Below, in pieces: positions 10,116 through 23,127 of a stretch of 64,000 bases of DNA (within the stretch, counting starts at the first letter, position 1; the number at the start of each line of letters is the position of its first letter). A program made the translations under genes and the position numbers. Below the pieces are notes generated by a model. The model saw nothing but the letters and a program-made list of their open reading frames with translations, had not been told where the DNA came from and did not search any database. Source of the DNA: Sminthopsis crassicaudata (Eukaryota); contig NC_133617.1 of NCBI RefSeq assembly GCF_048593235.1, positions 368,160,067-368,224,066 of the forward strand, in the 5' to 3' direction.

Positions 10116-12864
10116 AGTGATTTCCTCATATCTTCTACTCCTACTCAAGAAACTAAAATGGTTTCACAATTGACAAATATGACATGTCCAAGACTCCTCC
10201 TCTCCCTAGCTTTCAAAACTCTTCATAACTGAAGCTACCTAGCATTTCTGTCTTTATTTTCTTCTGCACTCTAGAACAGACTTTGCCTCAGACATGTGGG
10301 CCTCCACAGTTCACTGGCCCACATGTATCTCATATTTATTTCTGCTTCTACCTCTATTCAGACTATCCACTCTAATTTCCTTCTCATCATTTTCTCTTCC
10401 AAGGTACCTATAGGTGACTTGCCATCGCTGAGAATTTAGAACAAATTTCTTCCTCTTATCTGACTAATCAAATATTTACTCTACAAGATCCAGTTCAAGT
10501 CTAAACTCTCCATAATGTCTTCTTTTCCTAAAGATTCTACCCAGTGACTTCTTTCTCTGAGTACCCTCATGTAGTCAATGCTTCTCCTGAACTTGGACTT
10601 CCAACTCTCAAATTCCTTCACCTTATAATATTACATATACAATTACTTGTGTATTAGAATCTTATCTTCTCACTGAATTACAAATCCCCCATGAATGCCT
10701 AAAGATTCATTAGTTAGATCCCTATGTCCCTTAGGCTGCTCCAATATCTCATTACAGAAGCTTGCTGGGGATGCTGTCTCCTTTTCCCTCCTCACCTCTC
10801 CCCTCACTCCAATTTCATCCCCTAGCTCCAAGAGAACATGACTAGCAGATTGGGATGTGGCTGACTTGAGCCCTGAGGCCTTCCTGTTGGATGCCCTCTT
10901 CCAGACCACAAGGAGGAAAGCACCACTTTGGGTAGGTGTTAGGGGGAAGAGGGTTTGGGGAGGAGAGGGAACAAACACACAAACAATCAAAACCTCTGAG
11001 TAGGGCAAGAAACAGTGAGAGGAAACCTATAAAACTAGTTGGACCGATGGGAATTGTCCTTGAGGGGAGGACAGAGTGAGGGCTCAGAAGTGAGAACAGT
11101 AACATAAGAGCTGTGCTACGATTTCCAACATCTTCCCAGGATCTAAGCTGAATTGTCCTTCCAAAATACTAATCCAATGCAAGTCTAATCAAGGACTGTC
11201 TCCCAAGGGGAAGAAAATACCTTGGAAGATCATGTCACCTCCTGAAGGCTCCCCACAGATATAGGCACATCTGACCTAGGTTTGAGTCCTAGCCCTTTTA
11301 CTTACTGTCTATCACATCTTAGGAGTGTAATTTTATCTCTCTGGGTCTCAGTTTCCTCAATAGTAAAATAATAGCAAAATAAGGAAGTTTTACTTGCTCT
11401 TTAAAGTTCCTCCCAGCTCTAAATTCTCTCATCACCTATTCCAAGGTAACAAAAATTTCCCATAGTTAAAGGAATTATTTTAAATAATCAATCACTGTTC
11501 AGCTTGGAACATTGTAAATGCCCAACATCAACCAGTGCAGGCTTCTGGGATGAAGGAGGGAAGTTGAGGGGGGGGAAAGGAGGAATGGTCAAGGGGGAAG
11601 GAAGGACAGCTGTCTCTTCAGAAAAGTGAAAGGGAGATATTTAATCACAAAGGGAACCATAGAGAGGGAGGAGGATCAAATTAGGGGAGTAAGTTTGTGG
11701 GGTGACATAAGGGAGGAAGCAGGTCTGCAGAATGAGAAAAGGTGGTTGAGTTGTGGCCGACTATTCTGATCCCTGATAGTTAACTTCAGTTTAGGACTAC
11801 CCTGGTGCAGCCCAGAGACTGCAGATAGACATAAACAGAAACTGTTTCCAGCCCTCAGAGAGCAGAGGCAGAAATCAGAAGACTAGTTAAGTGTATAAGT
11901 AGTCTTTTTCCATAGATTTTCCAGGTCATCCTTTCTGGGCATATTCATGTTCCTGTGGAGTATTTATTGTGAGAGAGGACTCACGAGTTTTACTGCATCT
12001 TCCCTGGCAAATGACAAAAAACTCATCTAAGGATAGGATCATAAATCTAAGGCTAGAAAGGATCTTGGCATCCTTTTTTTTTTAAATACAAGCTTCTCAT
12101 TTTACAGGTGAGGAAACTGAAGTTCAGGGGCTCCTCAGTATCACAAGAATCAAAGACAGGATTTGAACCCAGGTCCTCTGACTCCAGAGTGCTCTTTCCA
12201 CTGTCCCAGAACAGACTAAACTGGGGTTGGTTGGTTTGTTATCGTGACAAAATCCAGTGACAGGTAAAATATAAATTCAGCATCACGCTGTATTCCGTCC
12301 TCCACAACCTTCCACCACGGAAACCTCATTTTCCCAAGCGCCCCAAGATGAACATCGGTCAAGTTCAGTGAACAAGAAGCTTCCCAGAGAATCTCACCCA
12401 TGCCTCTCCCAAGGGAGCCTCCAGAAGTAACTGCAGGATCAAGTAGGGAATGAAGGTCCCTAAAATCAAGCCAGTTTTTTCCATTTCGACCCTTCCCCTT
12501 GACCCCCAACATTCAAATGGATTTCGAATCAGCTAAAATTGGTGTTAGCATTCAAGGCTCTCCCTCTAGGGAGCCGCAGGAAGGTGGGGAAGCTTATTGT
12601 TCTCTGGTGTCCCTGGAGCCCGAACTACACAAGCTCTTGGGTTCTCACTCATCCATGACCCCTGACTTCTCAGAGAGCTGCATTCATCTGGGCTGCCACG
12701 GAAACTTAATGTTGCTGTCAAAAAGGGGAGAAGGGGAGCGGCACCCGTCGTTTTGTGAAAGCCGGAGAAGTGAACCCCCATCCCCTGAGCAGCTAGGGCG
12801 GGCTGAACTCCAGCTGACTCCTCGGCCCGTCCCCCAGCCCCAGCCCCGCATTCGACTTTCTGAC

Positions 12865-12995
12865 CTCCTGATGTAGTTTCGGCCATAGAGGATCTGTTGC
12901 AGCAAGGTCACCACGGCAAAGGCGCAGATGAAGATGAAGAACAAAGTTCGATTTCCGAGCAAATCCCGGCCGGCCGAAGGGTCGGCGTAGCCCAT
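12865..12995 (-). CDS. ST8SIA5: Alpha-2,8-sialyltransferase 8E, coding exon 1 (cytoplasmic tail and type II signal-anchor)
   Basis: ATG at 12995 gives MGYADPSAGRDLLGNRTLFFIFICAFAVVTLLQQILYGRNYIR(R), closely matching the human ST8SIA5 N-terminus as I recall it (MRYADPSANRDLLGSRTLLFIF...YGRNYIKR). The 131-nt phase-2 exon ends at AG|GTCAGA (GT at 12864-12863), with strong Kozak context aggATGG. It is adjacent to PIAS2 as in human. Confidence 0.96.
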
Positions 12996-13385
12996 CCTGG
13001 CCCGGGGAGATGGGGCAGGCGACCGAGTTCAGCGAGGGCTCAGTGCCGCGAGCCCGGGGGCCCAGCTCTCACTGGCAGGGGACAAGCGCTCCCACCTCCT
13101 GCCCCTGGCCGAGGCAGCCTAGGACCTGATGCCCCATCGTGCGGCCGCCCTCCTCCTCCTTCTCTCCGCTCTCTGGGGCTGTCAGGCAAAGCACCGCACA
13201 CTCGGTGGGGTAAACTTTCTAAGCACCTTGATCGTGGGTGTCATCCGTGCCCGGCTCCGAGGAGCCAGCGATGCAACGCCGTCCTGGCCTGCCTCCTCCC
13301 TCCTTCTGCCCCCTCTTGCCGGACAGGCTCCCTATTTCTATTCCTTAGCGAGATTCCAGATGCCCAGATCAGAGAGACAGAACAT

Positions 13386-13417
13386 GGGGGGGGGGGGGGC
13401 GGGAAGCAGCCAATGAG
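13386..13417. promoter_or_regulatory. G-tract/GC-box next to an NF-Y CCAAT box
   Basis: G14-CGGG (13386-13403) followed by AGCCAATGAG (13408-13417), about 400 bp upstream of the ATG. Confidence 0.55.
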
Positions 13418-13784
13418 AAGGCCTGGGGTTCCCACCCCTTTCCCCGCTCCCCAACGTCCTCTGCCCTCCTCTGCTTCTGCTCAGTGATGCTGGCAGTCAG
13501 GGCTCGCCGGGAGACGTGACCGGGATGTGCTATGATCGAACAAGTAGGTAGTGATCAGAAAGATTTTGATTCAGTCCTGCAGGGAACAGAGGAGGGGACC
13601 AGAAAGGGGAGGAGAGGACGGGGGAAGGGAGACGGAGGGAGAAAGAACAGTGGCAATCTGGTTCATGAAAAGCTGTTTGTAAGTGGGGGAGGGAGGGAAG
13701 AGCAGAAAATGCCGGTTGAATCAGGGAATGAAAAGCCCGATTGAGAGGAGGGGAGGAATAGAGCCCAGCTCCCAGCCTGGTTGC

Positions 13785-13792
13785 ATTTGCAT
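13785..13792. promoter_or_regulatory. Canonical octamer (POU) motif
   Basis: ATTTGCAT (ATGCAAAT on the minus strand) at the upstream edge of the CpG island. Confidence 0.4.
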
Positions 13793-15489
13793 GCGGCAGG
13801 AAGGGTGTTTAGTCACCACCATAGTTTTCTCTGCTTTCCCAGTGATTTCTCAGGAGTAAGCAGGAGCAAGGTCAACTGGGCTGTTCTTCAAGGACAGAGA
13901 GAGAGAGCACTTGGCTCCTGAAGGCTGATGTATCTTTGGACCGGCTCCCCCAGCCCCTGGCTGGTGCACAGATCTCTGCTAGCTTTTCAAACTATTTCAA
14001 AAGAAATTCACATGTTTGCCCACCTTTACCCAAGGCCCCCAAACTGTGGCTCTTAACTTCTAATTGAAGTCCTGGTTGTGGTTCAAAGAGTGGGACCTTG
14101 TCTTACTTATCCAAACTACTATGGACTCTTTCATCCCCTCACCACGAACTCTAGAAAGCTATAAACAGCTAATCAGAAAATATATATTTAAAAAAACAAA
14201 ACAAAACAAAAAAAAAAAAAAAAAAACGTCAAAGAGCCCTTAGAAGTGAGGGGGGGGGGGGAACGAAACAAAAAACATAGAAATGCAGCATGAATGAACC
14301 ACCTCTGAAAGATGTCCTTCTGCCCGATATAGTTTTAAATTTAATTTTGTTACATTCTAAGTTCCAAACTGCCTTCCCGTTATTTTCCATCAACATCCTG
14401 GACATTGATACTCCGAAGCCCTGACTCCGAAATCTCTCCATTCTCTCGAGTCACGTGCCAGCTGTGTTCGTGCTCGATTCCTTTAAAGATATTTCTCCAG
14501 TGCTTGTGAGATACTGCAGCTTCAGAATTAACCTATCTATTTGATTCAAAAGTAATTTCAAAATAGTGGTAAGAAAAAATTTTCGAGGCAGAGGATTTTA
14601 AACCAACTCCAACCCCTTCTTTTTTGCAATAGACACCTTTCAGCAGTTCGGCATTCTCTGAAAGGACTGGAAATTTGGCATAAAGCTGTATTATTTGGAT
14701 ATCTCCAGTAAATAGACCTTTATACAATTCAGAGGAGGCAGATTTATACATGCATCCTCTATGAAGAAGTGTTTGGCCAAGCAAATAAAATAATGTAAAC
14801 ATTTAACCTACTTAAAAGAACAAACTTTAGTAGTATCTTTTGTCATAAAATATGCTAATTAATTGCAAATGATCCTCCATTCAATTAACCTCGTCTAACG
14901 GACTGTGATTAACAGGCTAGTTCTATGCACCGTATGTACTTAAAAGTAATAAAACCATATTACTTGAAAACATTAATGAACTCAGACACTTTATTTGAAT
15001 CTGACCTTGAAGCCAACAAATCTGAATTAATGGGCAGCTGAACCAATGTCAATATTATTCTGGTAATTTATATAATAGTAATCCATAAGCAGAGTTTTTA
15101 AAATAGGAAAAAGATATTTAAACACTATATAATTGATATTAAGGACAGAATTGCTGATTTCCAAAAAAAATGGTTTGACTTTAATAAAAAAGATTGAGGT
15201 CAACATTAGTCATAATTTGAATTTTCTCCTATAAGCCTTTAGATATAAGTTAATGCTCTGCAAAAATAGGGGAAATATTAGATTACAATCTCTGCTAATG
15301 TTCCTAATACTTTCTCAATGCTGAACATATCCAAGTATTTTTGGGGAAAATAATCATTGAAAAAGACCTGAGAGTTTTAGAGAGCTGCAAACTCAATATT
15401 AATCATCCGGATGTTGTGGTACCTTAAAAAGCTAATGATTTGGATTATATTTATGGAAGTTAAGTGTCCAGAATGAAAGAACTGACAGT

Positions 15490-15975
15490 CCCACTATACT
15501 ACTACATTTAGCATCCCATCTTCAATTCTAAGAGACATCATAAAAAGGATATTGATAAGCTGGACTATGTCCAGAGAAAAGAGATTGCTGTGGTAAAGAA
15601 ATTGAAAGCCTACAATATCAGAAGCTGTCCAGAGACTGAAGCTATTTAGCCCAGAGAAAAAGGAGACTTAGTGGGGACATGGTTACTATTTAAAACTATT
15701 TAAAAGACTTTCATTTGGCATAGGAATGAAACTTATATTGCATGGACAGTACTGTAAGCAATGGACAGAAATTAAAGAGGAACAGATTTCAGCTGAAAAT
15801 GAGGGGAAATTTCCTAATAATTAGAGCTGTCCAAAAGTAGAATGAGTTGTTTTAGGAGATTGGAAATTCTTCATCATTGGAGGTCACTTCAAATAGAGGC
15901 TAAATTACTACTTAATGAAAATGTCATAGGGGGAGTCTCTGATCAGATACAGATTGGCCTGATTTCTGAGGTCCC
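15490..15975 (+). mobile_element. CR1/L3 3' fragment
   Basis: aaggatattgataagctggactatgtccagag (KDIDKL..VQR) followed by an L3/MIR3-type tail. Confidence 0.65.
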
Positions 15976-18305
15976 TCTCTGTTTTAAGGTTTGATGGTCC
16001 ATGACTTACCTCAAGAACAAAGGGATCAGCACATTAACATTTTAGCAGTTGCTATATTCAAAAATTATCATTTTTGCTTATCAATGAAGATAATTAAATA
16101 AACCTTTAGGTTGAAAAGAGTTACTTCATCATAAGTGTAATCTGCCAAATTCCTGATTATTGATGGGCATTATCCAATTTATGGATAGTGCTCATAAGTG
16201 ACAAAATAACATTTTGCTTGGGGAGGTGAGGAGAGGTTGATGAAGTACATTTATATATTCCAATGTCAAGTAAGTGAAATGTCAGCTAATATACATATTC
16301 AAGGAACCTATAGTAGACTTAGGAAGTTTCTGTCATGGTCTTAGAGTTATAAGTACTCAAAGGACTTTCTTTTTGTATAATTTTCAGAGAATTAAAGTTT
16401 CTTGCCAGACCTTAAGGAACAGCCTCTTGCTTATGGTTGGGACAATGAGGCTTCAACTAGACTTATGGCTGGCTGCCTGAGAGAGGGATTTCATTCAACT
16501 GTCCCAATAGCACAATGTGGGTTTGACCAAGCCCAAGCCTAATAAAAGGCTCATTTTTCAATTCTAATATCTACAAATATGAGGCAGAGACCACTGGTTG
16601 TTTTTTAATAAATATGCCAAATTCTTGTTTTAGGGATTTTCTTGTAGATGTAGGTCACTCCATAGAAAATGAATTATCTCATTTGACACCAATTGCCTTT
16701 AAGGACACTTATTGCTTACAACATCCTGAATCTTAAAAAAAAAAGACTTTGTAAATTGCAGACTAATTGAATATTCCATGTTCAACTGAATTCAGATGAC
16801 CAAGGCATATTTTCTTGGTGGCCCACTATGACACTGGAGTCTTCAAAATAGCATCATATAAATACAACTTGCTTAGTGTTTATAGTGTTTCATGAGTACC
16901 TAGAAAGGAGAAAGGAATGAAAAATTTCCCAAAGTTCTATATAATCTGTGTTTTAAGTGCCACCAGGTAATGAGTTTCCATCACTGGAGCTCTTCTGGCA
17001 GAGTCTGATTGATTATTGTTGGCAATGTTGTAGAAAATATGCCTGTTCACATAGAGATTAGACCAGATGGCCTCTGAGATACTGCTCCAATTCTTGATAC
17101 AAAGTTATTTAGTAATCCATTAAATATAGATATCTTTATACTTGTTCAAACATTCTCTTTTTTGATACCCATAACTATTCCAAGAGGTAGGTTGGCCAAA
17201 AATCATCTTCACCATTTCACAGAAGCAGAAACACCTCAGTGCATTAAATGACTTGCCTAAATTCACCCAGCTAAATAAAATCAGAGTCAAAACTAATAGA
17301 GCCATAGGATTTTGAGCTAGAAGGTGCCTTAAAGATCTTTTATAATCCAGAGTTGTCAAAACAACCCTGCTTGGCACAACATTCTCAAATGCACAGGACC
17401 TAGATTAAAATGTAATCGAGAAATATTTAACAAAATAAATACAAATAGAATAAAATACAGATAACACATTTTAAAACAAAATTAATGTGTAACCTGAAGG
17501 GATTTTTTTGTATAAATTTTTTGCCCATAACAATGGGCACATCATTTAACCTCTATCTGCCTCAGTTTCCTCAACTGTAAAATGGGGATACTCATAGCAA
17601 TAAGCAGCTAGGTAGTATAGTTGACAGAATGCTGGACCTAGAATCAAGAAGATCTAAGAAAGGACTTGCTTGAAACTGAGTTTTCTCACCTGTAAGATGA
17701 GAAATAATAATAGCTACACTATTAGGTAAAAACAACATAAATATGAGTCATTCATATTGTAAAATGAGATAATGGATAGCAAAATACTTTGAAGAGTGTA
17801 AATTCAAGGTACTCTTTACTTTAGGAAGTGAGTATGGGTAGTGATAATCAAAAACCATCTATGATTTCCAAACCTCACTCCCCAGTACCTTTTTCCAGTT
17901 AATGATGGAATAAACAACTAAAACAATGACAGCCAAAAAGAGAGAAATTATAGAGGAAAATGACCTTTATAGAGAATCTGTTCTTGAATATGAATAAGTA
18001 TGGTCTCTAGAAAGCACCAACCTCCACACACTAATGAAATGAACAGCCAATTCACATTATCTTGTCTTGATCCAGATTTTGAGAAATCCTCTCCTTATTT
18101 ATGTGGAAGTGAGGGAAGTGGAGATTTTTCCCACATCTGTAGTTCTAGATGTTACATGTTGAGTACCTCAAAGCAGAAAAGGGAAGCTTTTTATATACAT
18201 ATGTACATATGTATCCATATGAGAGAAAGAAACAGAAATAGAGAAAAGAAACAGAGAGAGAGATAGAAACATAGGGAAAGAGAGAGAAGGGGATAGAGAG
18301 AAGGG

Positions 18306-18632
18306 NNNNNNNNNNNNNNNNNNNNNNNNNNNNNNNNNNNNNNNNNNNNNNNNNNNNNNNNNNNNNNNNNNNNNNNNNNNNNNNNNNNNNNNNNNNNNNN
18401 NNNNNNNNNNNNNNNNNNNNNNNNNNNNNNNNNNNNNNNNNNNNNNNNNNNNNNNNNNNNNNNNNNNNNNNNNNNNNNNNNNNNNNNNNNNNNNNNNNNN
18501 NNNNNNNNNNNNNNNNNNNNNNNNNNNNNNNNNNNNNNNNNNNNNNNNNNNNNNNNNNNNNNNNNNNNNNNNNNNNNNNNNNNNNNNNNNNNNNNNNNNN
18601 NNNNNNNNNNNNNNNNNNNNNNNNNNNNNNNN
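18306..18632. other. Assembly gap, preceded by a GA-rich purine tract (~18220-18305)
   Basis: Run of N. Confidence 1.
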
Positions 18633-21600
18633 TTACCTTTCCTAATGGCAATGAGAAGGGGAAATTCTCAGCATGGAAGATGTAGGTGGCTAGGAAGGCT
18701 GCCTAGAATTTATCAAGGTATTTTAAGAGAAGAAAGGTGAACCAACAATGATACTGTTGTACAATTAAAAATGTACAAAGCAAATATGATTTACATCGTT
18801 GCATATGTATAATCTACTGACTGCTTGCCATCTTGGGGAGAGATGGGAAAGAAAGGAAGGAGGAAGAAAATCTTAAAACTCAAAATATTATAAAAATGAA
18901 TATTGAAAATTGTCTTTACATATAATTTGGAAAAAAAGCAAAATAACATTTTTAAATATACAGATAAGAAATAAAACATAGGGCAATTAGATAATGCTTA
19001 ACAGTTTGTGAAGTATTTCATATACATGATTTCATTTGATCCTCATCCGTCATACTATGAAGTAAATGATACAGGTAATATCCCCATTTTACAATTGAGG
19101 AAATTGAGACAAAGGGGTTATGTGACATAACCATACTCACACAGCTAGTATATGACTTAGACAGGATTTGAATTCAAGTCTTCCTGTCTAGTACATTCCC
19201 CTAGAACCCTATCCAAACTACTATCCTCTCTATCTCTCACAATTATGTCAGCCTGGAAATTAATTTACTGCTTTGTTCTTCATCTGACAGAACTGACTTC
19301 CCAGGGAGGAGGTAAGGAGAAAAAGGAACATTATTACAGTTTTATATAAATTGTCACTATATTAAGTGTCTCATTATGGATTTCATTTGGGATTCACAGA
19401 AATAGGTTAATCATAGTCAGGGCCAGACTAAGATAAAATCATGGAGTTTGGTACCCTACACTTTCTCTTTCTTTGTCCTTTCCTTCCTAAGGGTGCTTTT
19501 CTCCCTACTCCCCTCCCCTTTCTTCCCCATCAAAGCCTGCTCTCTAGACAGGTCTTGATGTCACTCCTTTACATTTCAATGTGCCGGTAAATCACTAGAT
19601 TTTCTCTTTCAGCTGATTTACAAGTTAAGGCTGATCTTTAACAGTGAAATAAAAAGATTTATTCCCAGGCATCAGGTGGAAGCTGAAAAACATGGATATG
19701 AAGCAGTAGCTGCCCCAGAGTAGGGACACATATCCAATGTAGTACTATGAATGCTTTATTTTAAATAAAATCCTGAGTTTGAACCTCAACTCTTTATCAC
19801 TTTCTATCTGTATAAGCTTAGGCAAATTATTTAATCTCTATAGGCTTTGGTTGCCTCATTTGTAAAATGTAGACTCTTAGAGAGTATGTGTGACACAAAG
19901 AGAGAGTTTGGTGTGACCGTAGAGACAACTGTGTGACCCCCAAATCACAGAAATCACTAGTTCCATCTATAATTTTAAGACTGGCCCTGATTAGCATTAG
20001 CTTCACTGTGAGCTCTCAGTTTGTTTTGCTTCAGATAACCAGAAGCCAGAGATCATCAAGTACCACTGATCTACTTCTAACTTGATTACTTGGGTAACTT
20101 GCATTACTTTTACCTCCTATCAAAGTCCCAGCAACATGCATGGAATTCCCCTCCAGCTCCAAGTTTGCAGACCTACCCAACACCTAGCTTGGTGCATAAC
20201 ACTTAGGAAACATTTCTTATGAAATGCTTGTTGACTGAATAATTACCAAAAGGCTCTCTGCTCTCCCAGAAATATAAGTAATAATAATAAAAACAAACAA
20301 ACTCTGGCTTGAATCAGCATGGTAGATTTTTGTTCCATTGTTTGCCCTAAAATTCAATGATACAATAATTTGATGGAGTGGTTTTTCATAATCACCTCAG
20401 GTGATCTTTATAACAACCCTGTGAAGTAGGTAGCAAAAGTAGTATTATCTTCTTTTAATAAGTAAGGAAACTGAGGACTGGACAGATTAAATTATTTACC
20501 CAAGGTCACACTAGTAAATGTAAGAGCTAGGACTACAATACTTGTGTTCCAACTCCCAAAACAATGTTTTCCATTATAACAATCAGTCAACATGTATTTG
20601 TTGAGTATCTATTTTGTGCTATGTATTGTGCTAAATTCTGGAGATATATAGGAAGATAGAAACAGTCATAGACCTTAAGTTTACATTGTATGGCAGGAGA
20701 GAGCAGGAATGTCATCAGCTACATACTAGATATAGTGTAGATAGAAGCTGATCTGGGAAGGGGGAGGGAAGACACTAGGAGCTGACAAGCCTGGGGAAAG
20801 CCTTCTGCAGAAGATGGGATTTAAATTAAATTTTGATTCAAACAAGGATTTTATGAGGCAGAAATGAGGGGGAAGAGCATCCTCAAAGCAGGATATACTC
20901 AATTAAGATGGTATGGTGAGAGATAAAAAGTAGTTAACAAGAAGGTCAGTCTAGCTAAATTGTAGAGCAAATAAAAGGGAATAAAGCAAAAGAGGGAGTT
21001 AAACTGTACTGAGGCTGGAATCAGAAAGGCCTGAATTCAAATTCAGCCTCAAATACTTACTAGCTATGTAATCTTGGTCAAGTCATTAAGCCTCTATTTG
21101 CCTCAGTTTCCACAACTGTAAACTGGAGACCATAATAACACCTATTCTCAGAGATGTTATGAGAACTAAATAAGATAATAACAGAAAAGTGCTTAGCACA
21201 GCACTTGACACATAGTAGGCATTATATAAATGCTAGCTATTATTAGTTGCTGCTATGCTACTACTGTAGAGTTTAAACTGTAGACTAGTTTATTTCTGGT
21301 TTAGTTGAAATTCTTGGCTATCTCTTCAAGAGAGCTGGTGAAACTGAGCTCCTTTAACTTAAAGCCCATAGGTTTTTCTTTGCTACGTCAAACTCTTTTA
21401 GGAAAGGCTGAGACTTGTATGTTAAACCAGCCGAAAGCTTGGATTTCCTTGTCTTATTTACTGCAGAGTCTTAGTCAACCATCTTCTCTCCAACAGAGGA
21501 TTCTCAGCCCCAAATTCAAACTCTTTAGAACAAAAAAGCAGGGTCTGTCTGACCAACAAGTTAATAACATTGATTTTAATCATTTCTTCTGCTTCCCTCA

Positions 21601-22084
21601 TTCCTTGTCAGTCCCACTTCAGAGACATGGGTTTCTGTCAAAGACCTCATTTAGCTTTATAATAAACATTCTATATATCTCCTATTTTGAATCTTTGCCA
21701 ACCTGTATTGCATTATTAGGTAACATTCTTTTGGATTTTCTTGGTAGAGATATTGGAGTGGTTTGCCATTTGCTTCTCCCGCTCATTTTAGAAAACAGGC
21801 AAATAGGGTAAGTAATTGGTCCAGGGTCACACAGCTAGGAAATGTGTGAGGCAAGATTTGAATTCATGAAGTGGACAGAGCTCTGTCCACTGTGCCACCT
21901 ACCCGCTCTCTCTACTTTACGATCTCCTTTTTCTTTTTTAAAAAAATTATTTTATTTTCAATTCATGGGGAAAAAAAAACAAGCATTTCCAAAACACAAT
22001 ACAATTTTTAAAAAAAGATTACTGTACTCAGAACTGCAAATCTACCATATATAACTAGCTATTCCCTTCAAATATAAAGTAGAC

Positions 22085-22515
22085 ATAGAAAAAACTCCAG
22101 GTTCATATTTAGAGGAAAATACCAAGGTATTGAAAATCAATCCTACCCCAAAGAGTAATGTGAAATGGTCATGCACCCAACAGGAGCTCTTGGAAGAACT
22201 TAAAAGGGATTTAAAAATCAAGTAAGAGCTATCAAGGAAAAATTAGGAAAGAAAAGGAAAAAAAATATTGGAGGGAAAGCTATCCAATTGGAAAAAGAGA
22301 TACCTAATCTTAAAGAAGAAAAAAAAAACTTCTTGAAAACTAGAATTGGGCAAGAAACCAAAAGACATTATAAGATACCAAGAAATAATAAAACTAGGAA
22401 AAACAGAAGAGAATCATCTCAGAAAATAACTGATCTGAAAATAGATTAAGGAAAGACAATATAAGAATCATCAGACTCCCCAAAAGTAGAATCTGGATAT
22501 AATATTACAAGAAAT
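22085..22515 (+). mobile_element. L1 ORF1 (coiled-coil region) fragment
   Basis: A-rich ttggaagaacttaaaagggatttaaaaatcaagtaagag...tgatctgaaaatagattaaggaaagacaatataagaatc (DLENR.R.DN.RI-like). Confidence 0.65.
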
Positions 22516-22702
22516 TATTTGGGCCTTCTTTTTTCAAAAAGATGTTCTTGTACAAGGTACATTGTGTCTTTCATTATGTCTTCATTGAATCTGTAACCCC
22601 AGAATGGAATCACTATCTACTGTTGCTACTCTTGTAATTCAATTTTAATGAATCAAGTGTTTTTCTCCCTTCTTTACACAGAAAGAAACTTTCCTAAATC
22701 TA

Positions 22703-22959
22703 GTGGAATGATGATAAATGTTTAACAATTGGCTCTTGAAGTAGAAGAGAAGGTCAGAAAATGTAATGCATGAGATACTAAATTTAATCTGCAGTAAGCA
22801 TTTTTTCCCATAACTTTTAAGGTCTGGACAATCCACAAAATAATAAGTCAACCTCTGATTTATAGCATTTGCCAATTTCTAAGGTGTAAATGCTCATACT
22901 GAACATTTAATAACCAGCTCTCTTGGGAGCCAGTTTAAGCTGGCTCCAGCATGTTGCTG
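22703..22959. mobile_element. hAT (Tip100-like) non-autonomous DNA transposon
   Basis: Ends gataaatgtttaacaattggctct ... ggagccagtttaagctggctccagc resemble marsupial hAT MITEs. AATCTA flanks both ends (22697-22702, 22961-22966). Confidence 0.5.
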
Positions 22960-23127
22960 CAATCTACCTTTATCAGCATTTATCATTTGGAAAAGGATTG
23001 GCGGCCACTATATTTTCTTTTATATAAAAGGAGGAATAAAGTTTTTCTCCCTTTTACATGAAAGTAAAGTGAGCATAAAGTGAGCTCGTCAAAGTGAGCA
23101 ATGGGGAGAAAAGTGCTTTGAGATTGA

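Larger units (their letters stand above)
12700..13800 (-). promoter_or_regulatory. ST8SIA5: CpG island / promoter and 5' leader of ST8SIA5
   Basis: Sharp local rise in GC content and CpG dinucleotides against a CpG-depleted background, spanning exon 1. Confidence 0.85.

Noticed and set aside
12276-12287. TTCAGCATCACG, resembling the left half of an RE1/REST site in ST8SIA5 intron 1
   Set aside because: The right half (GACAGCGCC) is absent, so the match is too partial to call.
12684-12864. Continuation of the ST8SIA5 ORF past the donor (SESRMRGWGW...)
   Set aside because: Similarity to ST8SIA5 stops exactly at a canonical GT donor, so the remainder is intron read-through.
12897-13487. 196-aa plus-strand ORF and overlapping ORFs (12499-12876, 12566-12886, 13129-13416, 13241-13435)
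   Set aside because: These are stop-poor frames expected in a GC-rich CpG island. They are low-complexity P/G/R-rich with no recognisable domain, and the real coding signal is ST8SIA5 exon 1.
18145-18651. ORFs spanning N runs (also 9861-10148, 43773-44063, 48600-48800, 63034-63216)
   Set aside because: Artefacts of translating through assembly gaps.
21305-21811. 168-aa ORF
   Set aside because: Non-ATG start, no recognisable homology or splice context, and it ends in a SINE. Treated as a chance ORF.
22926-22947. Perfect hairpin GGAGCCAG-tttaag-CTGGCTCC
   Set aside because: It is a subterminal feature of the hAT-like MITE, not an independent RNA gene or terminator.
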